This document shows, piece by piece, positions 44,989 to 54,056 of a DNA stretch of 64,000 bases. The stretch covers positions 12,136-76,135 of the forward strand of contig DYFQ01000003.1 of NCBI GenBank assembly GCA_020725105.1, read 5' to 3'. Source of the DNA: Symbiobacterium thermophilum. GTDB lineage: Bacteria; Bacillota; Sulfobacillia; DYFQ01. Position 1 is the stretch's first letter. Each line of letters begins with the position of its first letter. The translations under genes and the position numbers were made by a program. The notes beneath the pieces are model-generated. The model was not told where the DNA came from and searched no databases. It was given only the letters and a program-made list of their open reading frames with translations.

Positions 44989-45513
44989 CTAACTCCGCCC
45001 GATGTCCAGCGCTCTGGAGGCCATGGCCTTGGCCGCGTTGATGGCCGTGACGTTGGCCTCGTAGGCGCGGGTCGCCGAGATCAGGTCCACCATCTCCGTC
45101 ACCAGGTCCACGTTGGGCAGGGCCACGTAGCCGTCGGCATCGGCGTCGGGGTGCGTCGGGTCGTACTGAAGCTTCGGCGGCGACTGGTCCTGCGCGATGG
45201 CCACCACCCGGACGCCCCGGCCCGCCCCGGCTTCAAAAAGCCCGGCCCCGAAGGGCCAGGGGCCGGCGGGTCCGGCGTATCCCGCCCACGCCTGGCCGTT
45301 CATGCCGCCCGCGTGCAACAGGGCGGCGGCAAACGGCGGCACCGGGGCGGCCGCCTCCCGGGGCTGGTAGACCGGCATCTGGCGCCGGTACGGCCCGCCC
45401 TCAGGGGTACGCGTCGTGTTGAGGTTGGCGATGTTGTTGGCAACGATCTCCAGCCGCAACCGCTCCGCGGTCAGCGCCGAGCCGCTCGCCTCAAGGGCCC
45501 GGAAGATCCGCAC
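44989..45513 (-). CDS. flgC: Rod protein FlgC
   Basis: ANNIAN.NTTRT, YDPTHPDA, PNV, RAYEAN. Confidence 0.96.
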   Translation of the reverse strand: MRIFRALEASGSALTAERLRLEIVANNIANLNTTRTPEGGPYRRQMPVYQPREAAAPVPPFAAALLHAGGMNGQAWAGYAGPAGPWPFGAGLFEAGAGRGVRVVAIAQDQSPPKLQYDPTHPDADADGYVALPNVDLVTEMVDLISATRAYEANVTAINAAKAMASRALDIGRS

Positions 45514-45516
45514 CTG

Positions 45517-45942
45517 CTAGCGCCTCCCCTCGAAGATCACCGACTGCCACTGCAGAAAGCGCCGGGAGATCTGGCGGGCCAGGGCGTCGTACCACAGCTG
45601 GTTCTCGGCCAGCCGGATCATCTCGGCTTCCAGGGTGACGTTGTTGCCGTCGGCCCGCTCGGCCGAAGCCGTGTCCCGTAACACCCGAGGGGCAACCCCT
45701 CCGGGGTCGGCGGACGGGGTACCAAGGTGCCGGGGGTGGGTCAGGACAAGGGGAACCGGCTGCCGGCCCCGGTCGGCCAGGGCCCGGCGGAGGTCATCCT
45801 CGAACCGAACTTCCAGGCGCTTGTACCCAGGCGTGTTGGCGTTGGCCAGATTGTGAGAAATGGCCTGGTGGCGCATGCTGCCCGCGTCCAGCGCGCGCCG
45901 GACGACGCTCACCACCTGGTCCTCGAACAGCCTGCCCATCAC
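45517..45942 (-). CDS. flgB: Rod protein FlgB
   Basis: SHNLANANTPGYK, DGNNV. Confidence 0.95.
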   Translation of the reverse strand: MMGRLFEDQVVSVVRRALDAGSMRHQAISHNLANANTPGYKRLEVRFEDDLRRALADRGRQPVPLVLTHPRHLGTPSADPGGVAPRVLRDTASAERADGNNVTLEAEMIRLAENQLWYDALARQISRRFLQWQSVIFEGRR

Positions 45943-45990
45943 GGACGCCCCTCCCTGGGCCGGTCCTTGGGCGTGCTTCCTGCCCGCCCG

Positions 45991-46035
45991 AAAAACGAAC
46001 CTGTCTCACCCCGGGTGACGAAGCGAGACAGGTCT
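45991..46035 (-). terminator. Expression-platform terminator of riboswitch 2
   Basis: ACCTGTCTC...GAGACAGGT then TCGTTTTT. Confidence 0.75.
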
Positions 46036-46039
46036 GGCC

Positions 46040-46145
46040 TGTTCCTTCGGCAGCCCGGCGATCCTGGCCCCGGCCACTGGCCGGGTGCGGTAGACCCGTA
46101 GCTTTGCGTCCCTGCCTTTCGGCGGGTTTGCCTTTATCGGGAACC
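46040..46145 (-). ncRNA. c-di-GMP-I (GEMM) riboswitch, proximal copy
   Basis: GGCAAACCCGCCGAAAGGCAGGGACGCAAAGCTACGGGTCTA...GCCGGGCTGCCGAA. Confidence 0.92.
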
Positions 46146-46192
46146 CGTATCCGGTTGTCGTCGCGGACTCGCCGTGCGGCCCCCCCCCCAGC

Positions 46193-46240
46193 AAAAAAGC
46201 CCGTCGTTCGCTGCCCGGCTGCCGCGAGACGACAGGCTCT
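46193..46240 (-). terminator. Expression-platform terminator of riboswitch 1
   Basis: AGCCTGTCGT...ACGACGGGCT then TTTTT. Confidence 0.8.
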
Positions 46241-46243
46241 GCC

Positions 46244-46337
46244 CTCGGCAACCCGGCAGCCATCGCCCGGCGTCGGCCGGGCCTTAGGCCCGCGGCTTTG
46301 CGCCCCTGCCTTTCGGTCAGGTTTGCCCTTGGCGAGT
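46244..46337 (-). ncRNA. c-di-GMP-I (GEMM) riboswitch, distal copy
   Basis: GGCAAACCTGACCGAAAGGCAGGGGCGCAAAGCCGCGGGCCTAA...ATGGCTGCCGGGTTGCCGAG; P1 stem CTCG/CGAG. Confidence 0.92.
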
Positions 46338-46400
46338 CCTCGGAGCCTTTTTTGATTCTGACTCTGACTCCAGCCCCCATAAGGGGTGGCGTCAGCGCCC

Positions 46401-46427
46401 ATTCTACATCCGTGGGTAAATTCCTTC
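46401..46427 (-). promoter_or_regulatory. Sigma-H-like promoter for the flagellar operon
   Basis: GAAGGAATT-N11-GTAGAAT fits RNAGGAWWW-N11/12-RNNGAAT. Confidence 0.6.
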
Positions 46428-46602
46428 TCTATTGCCAGAAATTTTCCCAGAACATGCCTCGTAGCACCGAATACGAATCATCAGCCCAGCTAGAGGGGGT
46501 CGTATTGCTACTCAACTCCAGGACTCAGGAACGCCGGCAGGGAGGTCGGGCCGGCCGGGCGAAGCCCCGAACCGGCCGGCCCGCGGGGCCGGCGGAGGAG
46601 GT

Positions 46603-46833
46603 TTGACGGTGGAACTCAAGGAGCTTCTGGAGATCCTCGTCTGCCCGGCCTGCAAGAGCCGGCTCGACCTGGTCGGCGAGGTCTGGCTCGCCTGCACCGA
46701 CCGCGAGTGCCGGCGGAACTACCCCATCCGCGACGGCATCCCGGTGATGCTGGTGGAGGAAGGCGACCGGTTTGCCGGGCTGTCCCGGGAGCAGTTGCTC
46801 AAGACCGCCCCGGGACCGGCCGAGGGCGGGTAG
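46603..46833 (+). CDS. Trm112/YcaR family protein
   Basis: LLEILVCPACK...YPIRDGIPVML.EE. Confidence 0.9.
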   Translation: MTVELKELLEILVCPACKSRLDLVGEVWLACTDRECRRNYPIRDGIPVMLVEEGDRFAGLSREQLLKTAPGPAEGG

Positions 46834-47004
46834 CCGCCGCTCGGTATGCCGCTCGCGAAGCCGGGTATACCACCCACCGGAATGTATACAATGGACTGTC
46901 GGGGTGACCGGACAGGCCTCCCGCGCCCCGGCGCGGCATGCCCTCCGGGAGCCCGGGACCTGCGGGCCCAGAACGATAGTCAAAACGCCCGGGAGGGATG
47001 ATTC

Positions 47005-47622
<618 letters not shown>

Positions 47623-47891
47623 CGAAGTCCTGCTTCTGGACGCCGCCCTGCTGGAGACTTGCGTGGCGCAACTGCCGGAGCCCGGCCCGTCGTGGACCCT
47701 GGTCCGCGCGGGCCGCCTCGCCACTGCGGCCGCCCGCTGCTCCAGGTCGCCGGGAGCGGGCGCCGGGTCCCGCCTGAAGACCGGGGTCCAGCCGGCGGGA
47801 CGGGTGAGCGCTGAGGCAAACCAGACCCGCGGCTCCGACGGTCGCGCCGGCCCAGGCCAGCGGTGAGGCGTACCGCCGCAACGGCCGGGCG

Positions 47892-48992
47892 TCACCCATC
47901 CCCGAACTCCGCCAGCCTGACCGGCAGGTAGCGCCGGCCCCAGTTGCCCGGCCGGGCCTCGAACACCCCGGCGCAGGGAGCGCCGCAGCCCCGGCAGGCG
48001 CCGTCCGGCGTCAGGTTCCACGCCTTCAGCTCGTACCACCGGCGACCGACGAGCAGCGCGCCGCACTCGTGGCAGTAGGTGCTGTCGCCGGCGGGGTCCC
48101 AGACGTTGCCGGTGTAGGCGTAGCGGACGCCGTTTCCGAGCGCGATCTCCCGCGCCCGCCGGAGGGTGGCGGGGGGCGTGGGCGGCCGGTCGCGGAGCAT
48201 CCAGTCGGGGTGAAAAGCGGTGAAGTGAACGGGCACCTCGGGCCCCAGTTCCTCCACCACCCACCGGGTCATGGCGTCGATCTCCTCCGGCGAGTCGTTC
48301 TCGCCGGGTATCACCAGGTTGGTGAGCTCCAACCAGACCTCGGTCTCGTGTGTCAGGTAGACCAGAGTGTCCAGCACCGGCCGCAGCCGCCCGGCGCACA
48401 GCCGGTGGTAGAAGGCCTCGGTGAAGCCCTTCAGGTCCACGTTGGCCGCGTCGATGTACCGGTAGAACTCGGCCCTGGGCTCGGGGCAGACGTAGCCCGC
48501 GGTGACCGCCACGGTCTTGATCCCCAGCTCGCGGCACGCCCGGGCCACGTCGATGGCGTACTCGTGAAAGATCACGGGGTCGTTGTAGGTGAACGCCACG
48601 CTCCGGCAGCCCAGCGCCCGGGCGGCCCGGGCGATCCGCTCGGGCGAGGCCGCGTCGGCCAGGGTGTCCACTTCCCGCGACCTGGAGATGGCCCAGTTCT
48701 GGCAGAAGCGGCAGGCCAGGTTGCAGCCGGCGGTGCCGAAGGAAAGAACCGGCGTCCCGGGTAAGAAATGATACAGCGGCTTCTTCTCGACGGGATCCAC
48801 GCAGAAGCCGCTGGACCGGCCGTAAGTGGTCAGCACGATCCGGCCACCCTGGCAGGCCCGGACGAAGCAGAGCCCCCGCTGCCCCTCTCGCAGCCGGCAG
48901 TGACGGGGGCACAGGTCGCACTGGATGCGGCCGTCGGGCAGTTCGTGCCAGTATTCAGTGGGGACCACCGAACCGTGCGTCACACCGCGCAC
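47892..48992 (-). CDS. amrS: AmmeMemoRadiSam system radical SAM enzyme
   Basis: CDLCPRHC, DPVEKKPLYHF, GCNLACRFCQNW, FTAFHP. Confidence 0.92.
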   Translation of the reverse strand: MRGVTHGSVVPTEYWHELPDGRIQCDLCPRHCRLREGQRGLCFVRACQGGRIVLTTYGRSSGFCVDPVEKKPLYHFLPGTPVLSFGTAGCNLACRFCQNWAISRSREVDTLADAASPERIARAARALGCRSVAFTYNDPVIFHEYAIDVARACRELGIKTVAVTAGYVCPEPRAEFYRYIDAANVDLKGFTEAFYHRLCAGRLRPVLDTLVYLTHETEVWLELTNLVIPGENDSPEEIDAMTRWVVEELGPEVPVHFTAFHPDWMLRDRPPTPPATLRRAREIALGNGVRYAYTGNVWDPAGDSTYCHECGALLVGRRWYELKAWNLTPDGACRGCGAPCAGVFEARPGNWGRRYLPVRLAEFGDG

Positions 48993-49047
48993 CGGGCCTC
49001 ACTCCGTTGCCGGTCCCGATCAGCCAGCGGTTGCAGGGGGAAACGGC

Positions 49048-49905
49048 ATGGCCGGCGTGCGACCGCCCGCCGTGGCGGGCTTGTTCTACCCCGCCGACCC
49101 GCACGAACTGTGGGGCACGGTCCGGGAATACCTGGCCGCCGCCAGGTCCGCCGGACCGACTCCCAAAGCCATGGTCGTACCGCACGCCGGCTACGTGTAC
49201 TCCGGGCCGGTGGCCGCGGCCGCCTACGGCAGGCTGGCCGCGTCCGGTCCCGCCTTCAGCCGGGTGGTGCTGGTCGGCCCGGCTCACCGGGCAGCCCTGC
49301 GGGGCGTGGCGGCCAGCGGCGCCGAGGCCTTCGCCACGCCGCTGGGCCGCGTCCCCGTCGACCGTTCCGCCACCACCCTGATTCTATCCCTTCCGCAGGT
49401 CGGCGTGGACGACGAAGCTCACGCCCCCGAGCACGGCCTGGAGGTCCAGCTTCCTTTCCTCCAGACCGTGCTGGCCGACTTCACCCTGGTGCCGCTGGTG
49501 GTGGGCGACGCCACCCCCGAGGAGGTGGACGAGGTGCTGGAGGTGCTGTGGGACGGCCCTGAAACCCTGGTCGTCGTGAGCACCGACCTCAGCCACTACC
49601 TGGACTACGAAGCCGCCCGCCGGCTGGACCTGGCCACCTCCCGCGCCATCGAGGCCCTGCGCCCGGAGGAGATCCGGCCGGAACAGGCCTGCGGCTGGAC
49701 CGGCCTGGTGGCGCTCCTGGCGGTGGCCCGCCGGCACGGGTTGCGGGCAAGGACGCTGGAACTGCGCAACTCGGGCGACGCGGCCGGCCCCAGGCACATG
49801 GTGGTGGGCTACGGGGCCTACGTCCTGGAGCCGCCGGCAAGCGCCCGCCAGGAAGCGGAGGTGGCCGCCGAGGCGGTGAGCCCGGCCCTGGCCGTGGTAG
49901 AATGA
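49048..49905 (+). CDS. amrB: AmmeMemoRadiSam system protein B (MEMO1 family)
   Basis: RPPAVAGLFYP, PHAGYVYSG, EHGLEVQLPFLQ, STDLSHY, VVGY. Confidence 0.92.
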   Translation: MAGVRPPAVAGLFYPADPHELWGTVREYLAAARSAGPTPKAMVVPHAGYVYSGPVAAAAYGRLAASGPAFSRVVLVGPAHRAALRGVAASGAEAFATPLGRVPVDRSATTLILSLPQVGVDDEAHAPEHGLEVQLPFLQTVLADFTLVPLVVGDATPEEVDEVLEVLWDGPETLVVVSTDLSHYLDYEAARRLDLATSRAIEALRPEEIRPEQACGWTGLVALLAVARRHGLRARTLELRNSGDAAGPRHMVVGYGAYVLEPPASARQEAEVAAEAVSPALAVVE

Positions 49906-49977
49906 TCGGAGTTGCCCGAAGCACCCGGGCCGCACTGCGACACGAAGTCGCCGGCCCCGTCGCAGGAGGAGTGCGCG

Positions 49978-51270
49978 GTGAAAGAAGACCACCCTGAGTT
50001 CCGGCTTCTCCGGCCGCCTGGAGAGGGCGAGCCCATCGGTTACCGTGACGGGCAGCTGGTGGTCCCCGACCGCCCCATCATCCCCTTCATCGAGGGTGAC
50101 GGCACCGGTCCCGACATCTGGGCCGCCAGCCGGCCGGTGTTCGACGCCGCCGTGGAGCGGGCCTACGGCGGGCGGCGCAGGATCGTCTGGTTCGAGGTGT
50201 TCGCCGGGGAGAAGTGTCACGACCGCTTCGGCACCTGGCTGCTGGACGACACTCTCGCGGCCATCAGGGCCTACCGGGTGGCCATCAAGGGCCCGCTGAC
50301 CACGCCCGTCGGGGGCGGGATCCGCAGCCTGAACGTCACCCTCCGGCAGGCACTGGACCTTTACGCCTGCGTCCGGCCGGTCCGCTGGTTCGAGGGCGTG
50401 CCCAGCCCGGTGTTGCGGCCCGACCTGGTGAACGTGGTCATCTTCCGGGAGAACACCGAAGACATCTACGCCGGCATCGAATGGCCGGCAGGGTCGGAGG
50501 AAGCGCGAAAGGTCATCGCGTTCCTCGAGCGCGAGTTCGGTGTCGCGGTGCGGCCCGATTCGGGCCTCGGCCTGAAACCCATGTCCGAGTTCGGCTCCAA
50601 ACGCCTCATCAGGAAGGCCATCCGGTACGCCCTGGACCACGGCAGAAAGAGCGTCACCCTGGTCCACAAGGGAAACATCCAGAAGTACACCGAGGGCGCC
50701 TTCCGCGACTGGGGCTACGAACTGGCCCGGGAGGAGTTCGGCGACGTCACCATCACCGAGGACCAGCTCTGGAGCCAGCACGGCGGCCGGCAGCCCGAGG
50801 GCAAGGTGGTCATCAAGGACCGGATCGCCGACATCATCTTCCAGCAATTGCTCCTCCGGCCGGCGGAGTTCGACGTGCTGGCCTGCCCCAACCTGAACGG
50901 CGACTACCTCTCGGACGCCGTGGCCGCCCAGGTGAGCGGGATCGGCATCGCGCCCGGGGCCAACCTTTCCGACGGTTACGGCCTGTTCGAGGCGACCCAC
51001 GGCACGGCGCCCAAGTACGCCGGCCAGGACAGGGTGAACCCCGGGTCGGTGATCCTGTCGGGCGTGATGATGCTGGAGTTCATGGGCTGGCGGGAAGCCG
51101 CCGACCTGATCGTCCGGGGTCTGGAGCGCACCATCCGGCAGAAGACGGTGACCTACGACTTCGCCCGGCTGACCGAGGGCGCCACCGAGGTCAGGTGCTC
51201 GGAGTTCGGCCGGCTGATCGTGGAGAACATGGGGTTCAAAGCCGCTTGGCCGTCTCGCTGGCGGCGATGA
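49978..51270 (+). CDS. icd: NADP-dependent isocitrate dehydrogenase
   Basis: [45 protein letters not shown]. Confidence 0.97.
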   Translation: MKEDHPEFRLLRPPGEGEPIGYRDGQLVVPDRPIIPFIEGDGTGPDIWAASRPVFDAAVERAYGGRRRIVWFEVFAGEKCHDRFGTWLLDDTLAAIRAYRVAIKGPLTTPVGGGIRSLNVTLRQALDLYACVRPVRWFEGVPSPVLRPDLVNVVIFRENTEDIYAGIEWPAGSEEARKVIAFLEREFGVAVRPDSGLGLKPMSEFGSKRLIRKAIRYALDHGRKSVTLVHKGNIQKYTEGAFRDWGYELAREEFGDVTITEDQLWSQHGGRQPEGKVVIKDRIADIIFQQLLLRPAEFDVLACPNLNGDYLSDAVAAQVSGIGIAPGANLSDGYGLFEATHGTAPKYAGQDRVNPGSVILSGVMMLEFMGWREAADLIVRGLERTIRQKTVTYDFARLTEGATEVRCSEFGRLIVENMGFKAAWPSRWRR

Positions 51271-52633
51271 GAATGGGATCGTAGACGGGAGAGTACGGCG
51301 GGGCGTAGCTCAGGTCAAGCTCGGCCAGGCGGTCCACGGTCCAGCCGGCATGAAGCGCCGTGGCGACGACGTCGATCCGCTTGGCGACGCCGGCCTCCCC
51401 CACCATCTGAGCCCCCAGGAGCCGGCCCGTCCCCCGCTCCGCCACCAGCTTGACCGTGGCCGGACCGGGGCCGGGGTAGTAGTGGGCCCGGACCCCGTGG
51501 GTGATGGCGTGGCCCGCGGCGTCAAAGCCCTCGGCCTTCGCCTGGGCCTCCGAGAGCCCCGTGCGGGCCACCTCCAGGCCAAACACCTTGACCACGGCGG
51601 TGCCCACCACCCCCGGAAAGCGGGCGTCGCCGCCGGCGGCGTTCTCCCCGGCCACGCGGCCCTGCTTGTTGGCGGTCGTGCCCAGCGGCACGTAAGCCGG
51701 GCGCCCGGTCACCAGGTGCCGGACCTCGGCCACGTCCCCGGCGGCGTAGATCCCCGGCTGGCTGGTCTCCAGCCGGCCGGTGACGGCCACGGCGCCGGAC
51801 GCGCCGAGCTTGAGCCCCGCCTCCTCGGCCAGTTCCGCCTGGGGCCTGACGCCCAGGCCCAGGAGGACCAGGTCGGCCGGGAAGCTCTGGCCGCCGGCCC
51901 TGACGGCCCTCACGCCGGCGGTAGACCCGTGGCCACCGGACCCGGCTCGCCCGTGGGCGCCGTCCCCGCCCAGCACCGCCTCGACGGGTGACTCCAGGAC
52001 CACCCGGACGCCGTGCCGCTCCAGTTCGGCCTGGACCCGGCCGGCCACGTCGGGGTCAACGGTGGTGAGCACCTGGCGCGCCAGATCGAGCACGGTCACC
52101 TCGAGCCCCCGGGCCACCAGGGCCTCGGCCATCTCCAGGCCGATGTAACCGGCCCCCAGGATCACCGCCCGGCGTGGACGGCGCTCCTCCAGGTACCCCC
52201 GGATGGCCAGCCCGTCCTCGACGGTCCTGACGCCAAACACGCCGGGCAGGTCAAGGCCGGGGATGGGGGGCCGGGCCGGCCGGCCCCCGGTGGCCAGCAC
52301 CAGCCGGTCGAAGCCGACCCGGCGCTCGTGGCCGTTGGCAAGCTCCACCACGCTGAGCTGACCGGCGGCGGGGTCAATGCCGGTGACCCGGTGGCCGGTG
52401 TGGACCTGGATGTCGCGCTCCTTTCTGAAACGCTCCGCGGTGATGGCGATCAGGTCGTCGGCCTCGGTCACCACTCCGGCGATGAAGTACGGCAGGCCGC
52501 ACGAGCCGTACGAGACGTACCCCGTGGCTTCGAAGACCACGATCTCCAGGTCGGGATCGAGGCGGCGGGCGCGGCTGGCGGCGCTCATCCCCGCCGCCAC
52601 GCCGCCCACCACCACCAGGCGCTGGCGGGCCAT
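51236..52633 (-). CDS. CoA-disulfide reductase / NADH oxidase family flavoprotein
   Basis: [35 protein letters not shown]. Confidence 0.88.
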   Translation of the reverse strand: MARQRLVVVGGVAAGMSAASRARRLDPDLEIVVFEATGYVSYGSCGLPYFIAGVVTEADDLIAITAERFRKERDIQVHTGHRVTGIDPAAGQLSVVELANGHERRVGFDRLVLATGGRPARPPIPGLDLPGVFGVRTVEDGLAIRGYLEERRPRRAVILGAGYIGLEMAEALVARGLEVTVLDLARQVLTTVDPDVAGRVQAELERHGVRVVLESPVEAVLGGDGAHGRAGSGGHGSTAGVRAVRAGGQSFPADLVLLGLGVRPQAELAEEAGLKLGASGAVAVTGRLETSQPGIYAAGDVAEVRHLVTGRPAYVPLGTTANKQGRVAGENAAGGDARFPGVVGTAVVKVFGLEVARTGLSEAQAKAEGFDAAGHAITHGVRAHYYPGPGPATVKLVAERGTGRLLGAQMVGEAGVAKRIDVVATALHAGWTVDRLAELDLSYAPPYSPVYDPILIAASETAKRL

Positions 52634-52694
52634 GGATCTTGACCTCCTCCACCCCGCGCGCCCCTGGGCCGGCGCCCCGGGACGGTGCCGCCGG

Positions 52695-53126
52695 TCAGGC
52701 GCTGCAGGTGCTCAGAAACTGCCCCGCGTACTCGTCGCGGATGGACCGGCCCCACACCAGTTCCACGCCCTCGGGCAGCCGGGCGCGGACGGCATCGGGG
52801 GCCGTGCCGGCGGCCGCGGCGGGTTCGACCCACAACGTGCCCGCGCCCGCCCGGGCCGCCGCCGCGATGGCCGCGTCCAGCGCCTCCGGCCCGAGCACCA
52901 CCAGGATGTCGCGCGCCTCGGCGGCCCCCGCCTCGATCAGCCGGAAGCCCTGGTTCGCCAGGAACTCGGCCAGCCGGCGCGGCCCGTCGCCCGTTACCGG
53001 GTCAGCACCGGCCAGCGCCACGCTCTCGGCCCGCATGAACAGGCGGCGGAGCCGCTGGGCGTCGGTGTCATCGGGTCGGACCTCAGGCCGTTGCCCCGGG
53101 CCGCCCGGGATGAACAGCCGTTCCAT
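52695..53126 (-). CDS. Divergent CoA-binding (YccU-like) protein with a C-terminal Cys
   Basis: LRRLF..AESVALAGA..LAEFL..QGF...AGAGTLW pattern; ends TCSA; ATG with RBS. Confidence 0.55.
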   Translation of the reverse strand: MERLFIPGGPGQRPEVRPDDTDAQRLRRLFMRAESVALAGADPVTGDGPRRLAEFLANQGFRLIEAGAAEARDILVVLGPEALDAAIAAAARAGAGTLWVEPAAAAGTAPDAVRARLPEGVELVWGRSIRDEYAGQFLSTCSA

Positions 53127-53140
53127 GCCGCCGCCACCTC

Positions 53141-53839
53141 TCAGGACGCGCCGGCCGCCCGGGCGCCCGCCGCCAGGGCCTCCCGGACCACCAGGCTCAC
53201 GAACTGGCGCTCCGGGCGCGCCCCCTCGAAGCCGCCGGCGTCGTTGATCACGATCTTGGGCACGCCCATCACCCCGTACCGCCGCGCCAGGGCGGGAAAC
53301 TCGGTGGCTTCCACCATCTCCGCCCGGACCTCCTCGCGCTCCACGGCCAGCTGGTGGGCCAGGCGGACCGCTCCCGGGCAGTAGGGGCAGGTGGGGGTGA
53401 CGAAAACCTTGATGGTCACCGGCCCCCGAAGCTTTTCCAGTTCCTTGCGGCTGGCCGCGCTCAACCCGCTGTCGCCGGTCGAGGCGTCGATGACGGCGTC
53501 GATCACCGGCATGAACTCCATGCCGGCGGGAATACCGAAGAACCGGATACCGTAGTCGCGCTCTCCGCTCACGGCAAAGGCCGGAACGTCGAAGATACCG
53601 AACTCCCGGGCGACGTCGGGTTCCTCGTCCACGTCGTGCACCCTGAGGCTCAACCGGTCGGTGAGCGCCCCCAGTTCGGTCAGGAGTTCCTCCGTCTCCT
53701 TGCAGTAACGGCACGGCTCCCGCCCGGGCACCACCAGCGGGGAGCGGCGGGTAAAGAAGTCGATCGTCACCGGCCCGTCCATTTCCGCCTCCAGCTTGTC
53801 CTTCAGGAACTTCGCGTCTTCCGGGCTGAAGAAGCCCAT
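53141..53839 (-). CDS. Protein disulfide oxidoreductase (two thioredoxin folds, PDO/AhpF N-terminal type)
   Basis: CRYC and CPYC motifs, GIPAGMEF, VMGVPKIVIN. Confidence 0.9.
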   Translation of the reverse strand: MGFFSPEDAKFLKDKLEAEMDGPVTIDFFTRRSPLVVPGREPCRYCKETEELLTELGALTDRLSLRVHDVDEEPDVAREFGIFDVPAFAVSGERDYGIRFFGIPAGMEFMPVIDAVIDASTGDSGLSAASRKELEKLRGPVTIKVFVTPTCPYCPGAVRLAHQLAVEREEVRAEMVEATEFPALARRYGVMGVPKIVINDAGGFEGARPERQFVSLVVREALAAGARAAGAS

Positions 53840-53860
53840 CGGGCAAGCCCTCCTATACCT

Positions 53861-53876
53861 ATACCCCGTAGGGTAT
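53861..53876. promoter_or_regulatory. CsoR/CstR-family operator
   Basis: ATACCC-CGTA-GGGTAT, between the promoter and the RBS. Confidence 0.7.
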
Positions 53877-53887
53877 TATCTGCCCCC

Positions 53888-53916
53888 ATCGTAGCTTCCG
53901 TGGGCCGGCCCGTCAA
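53888..53916 (-). promoter_or_regulatory. Sigma-A promoter of the PDO operon
   Basis: TTGACG-N17-TACGAT. Confidence 0.7.
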
Positions 53917-54056
53917 GCCCCGCCGCACCACCGCCGCGCGCGATGGCCCCGCCGCCGGCCGGCCCCGCCGCCGTCAGGATCCAAGACAGGCACCGGTCCC
54001 GGGCACGTCACGTATCGTGCCGGGCAGGAATCTTCCGGGAATCAGGTGGGGGGCGC

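Noticed and set aside
46430-46454. CodY-box-like AT-rich sequence
   Set aside because: The best matches have 4-5 mismatches to AATTTTCWGAAAATT; insufficient.
46843-46892. GTATAC-N13-GTATAC and promoter-like hexamers upstream of sodA
   Set aside because: Compatible with several sigma factors or an operator; none fits well enough to call.
47623-47891. Short ORFs between sodA and amrS
   Set aside because: No RBS, motif or clear structure.
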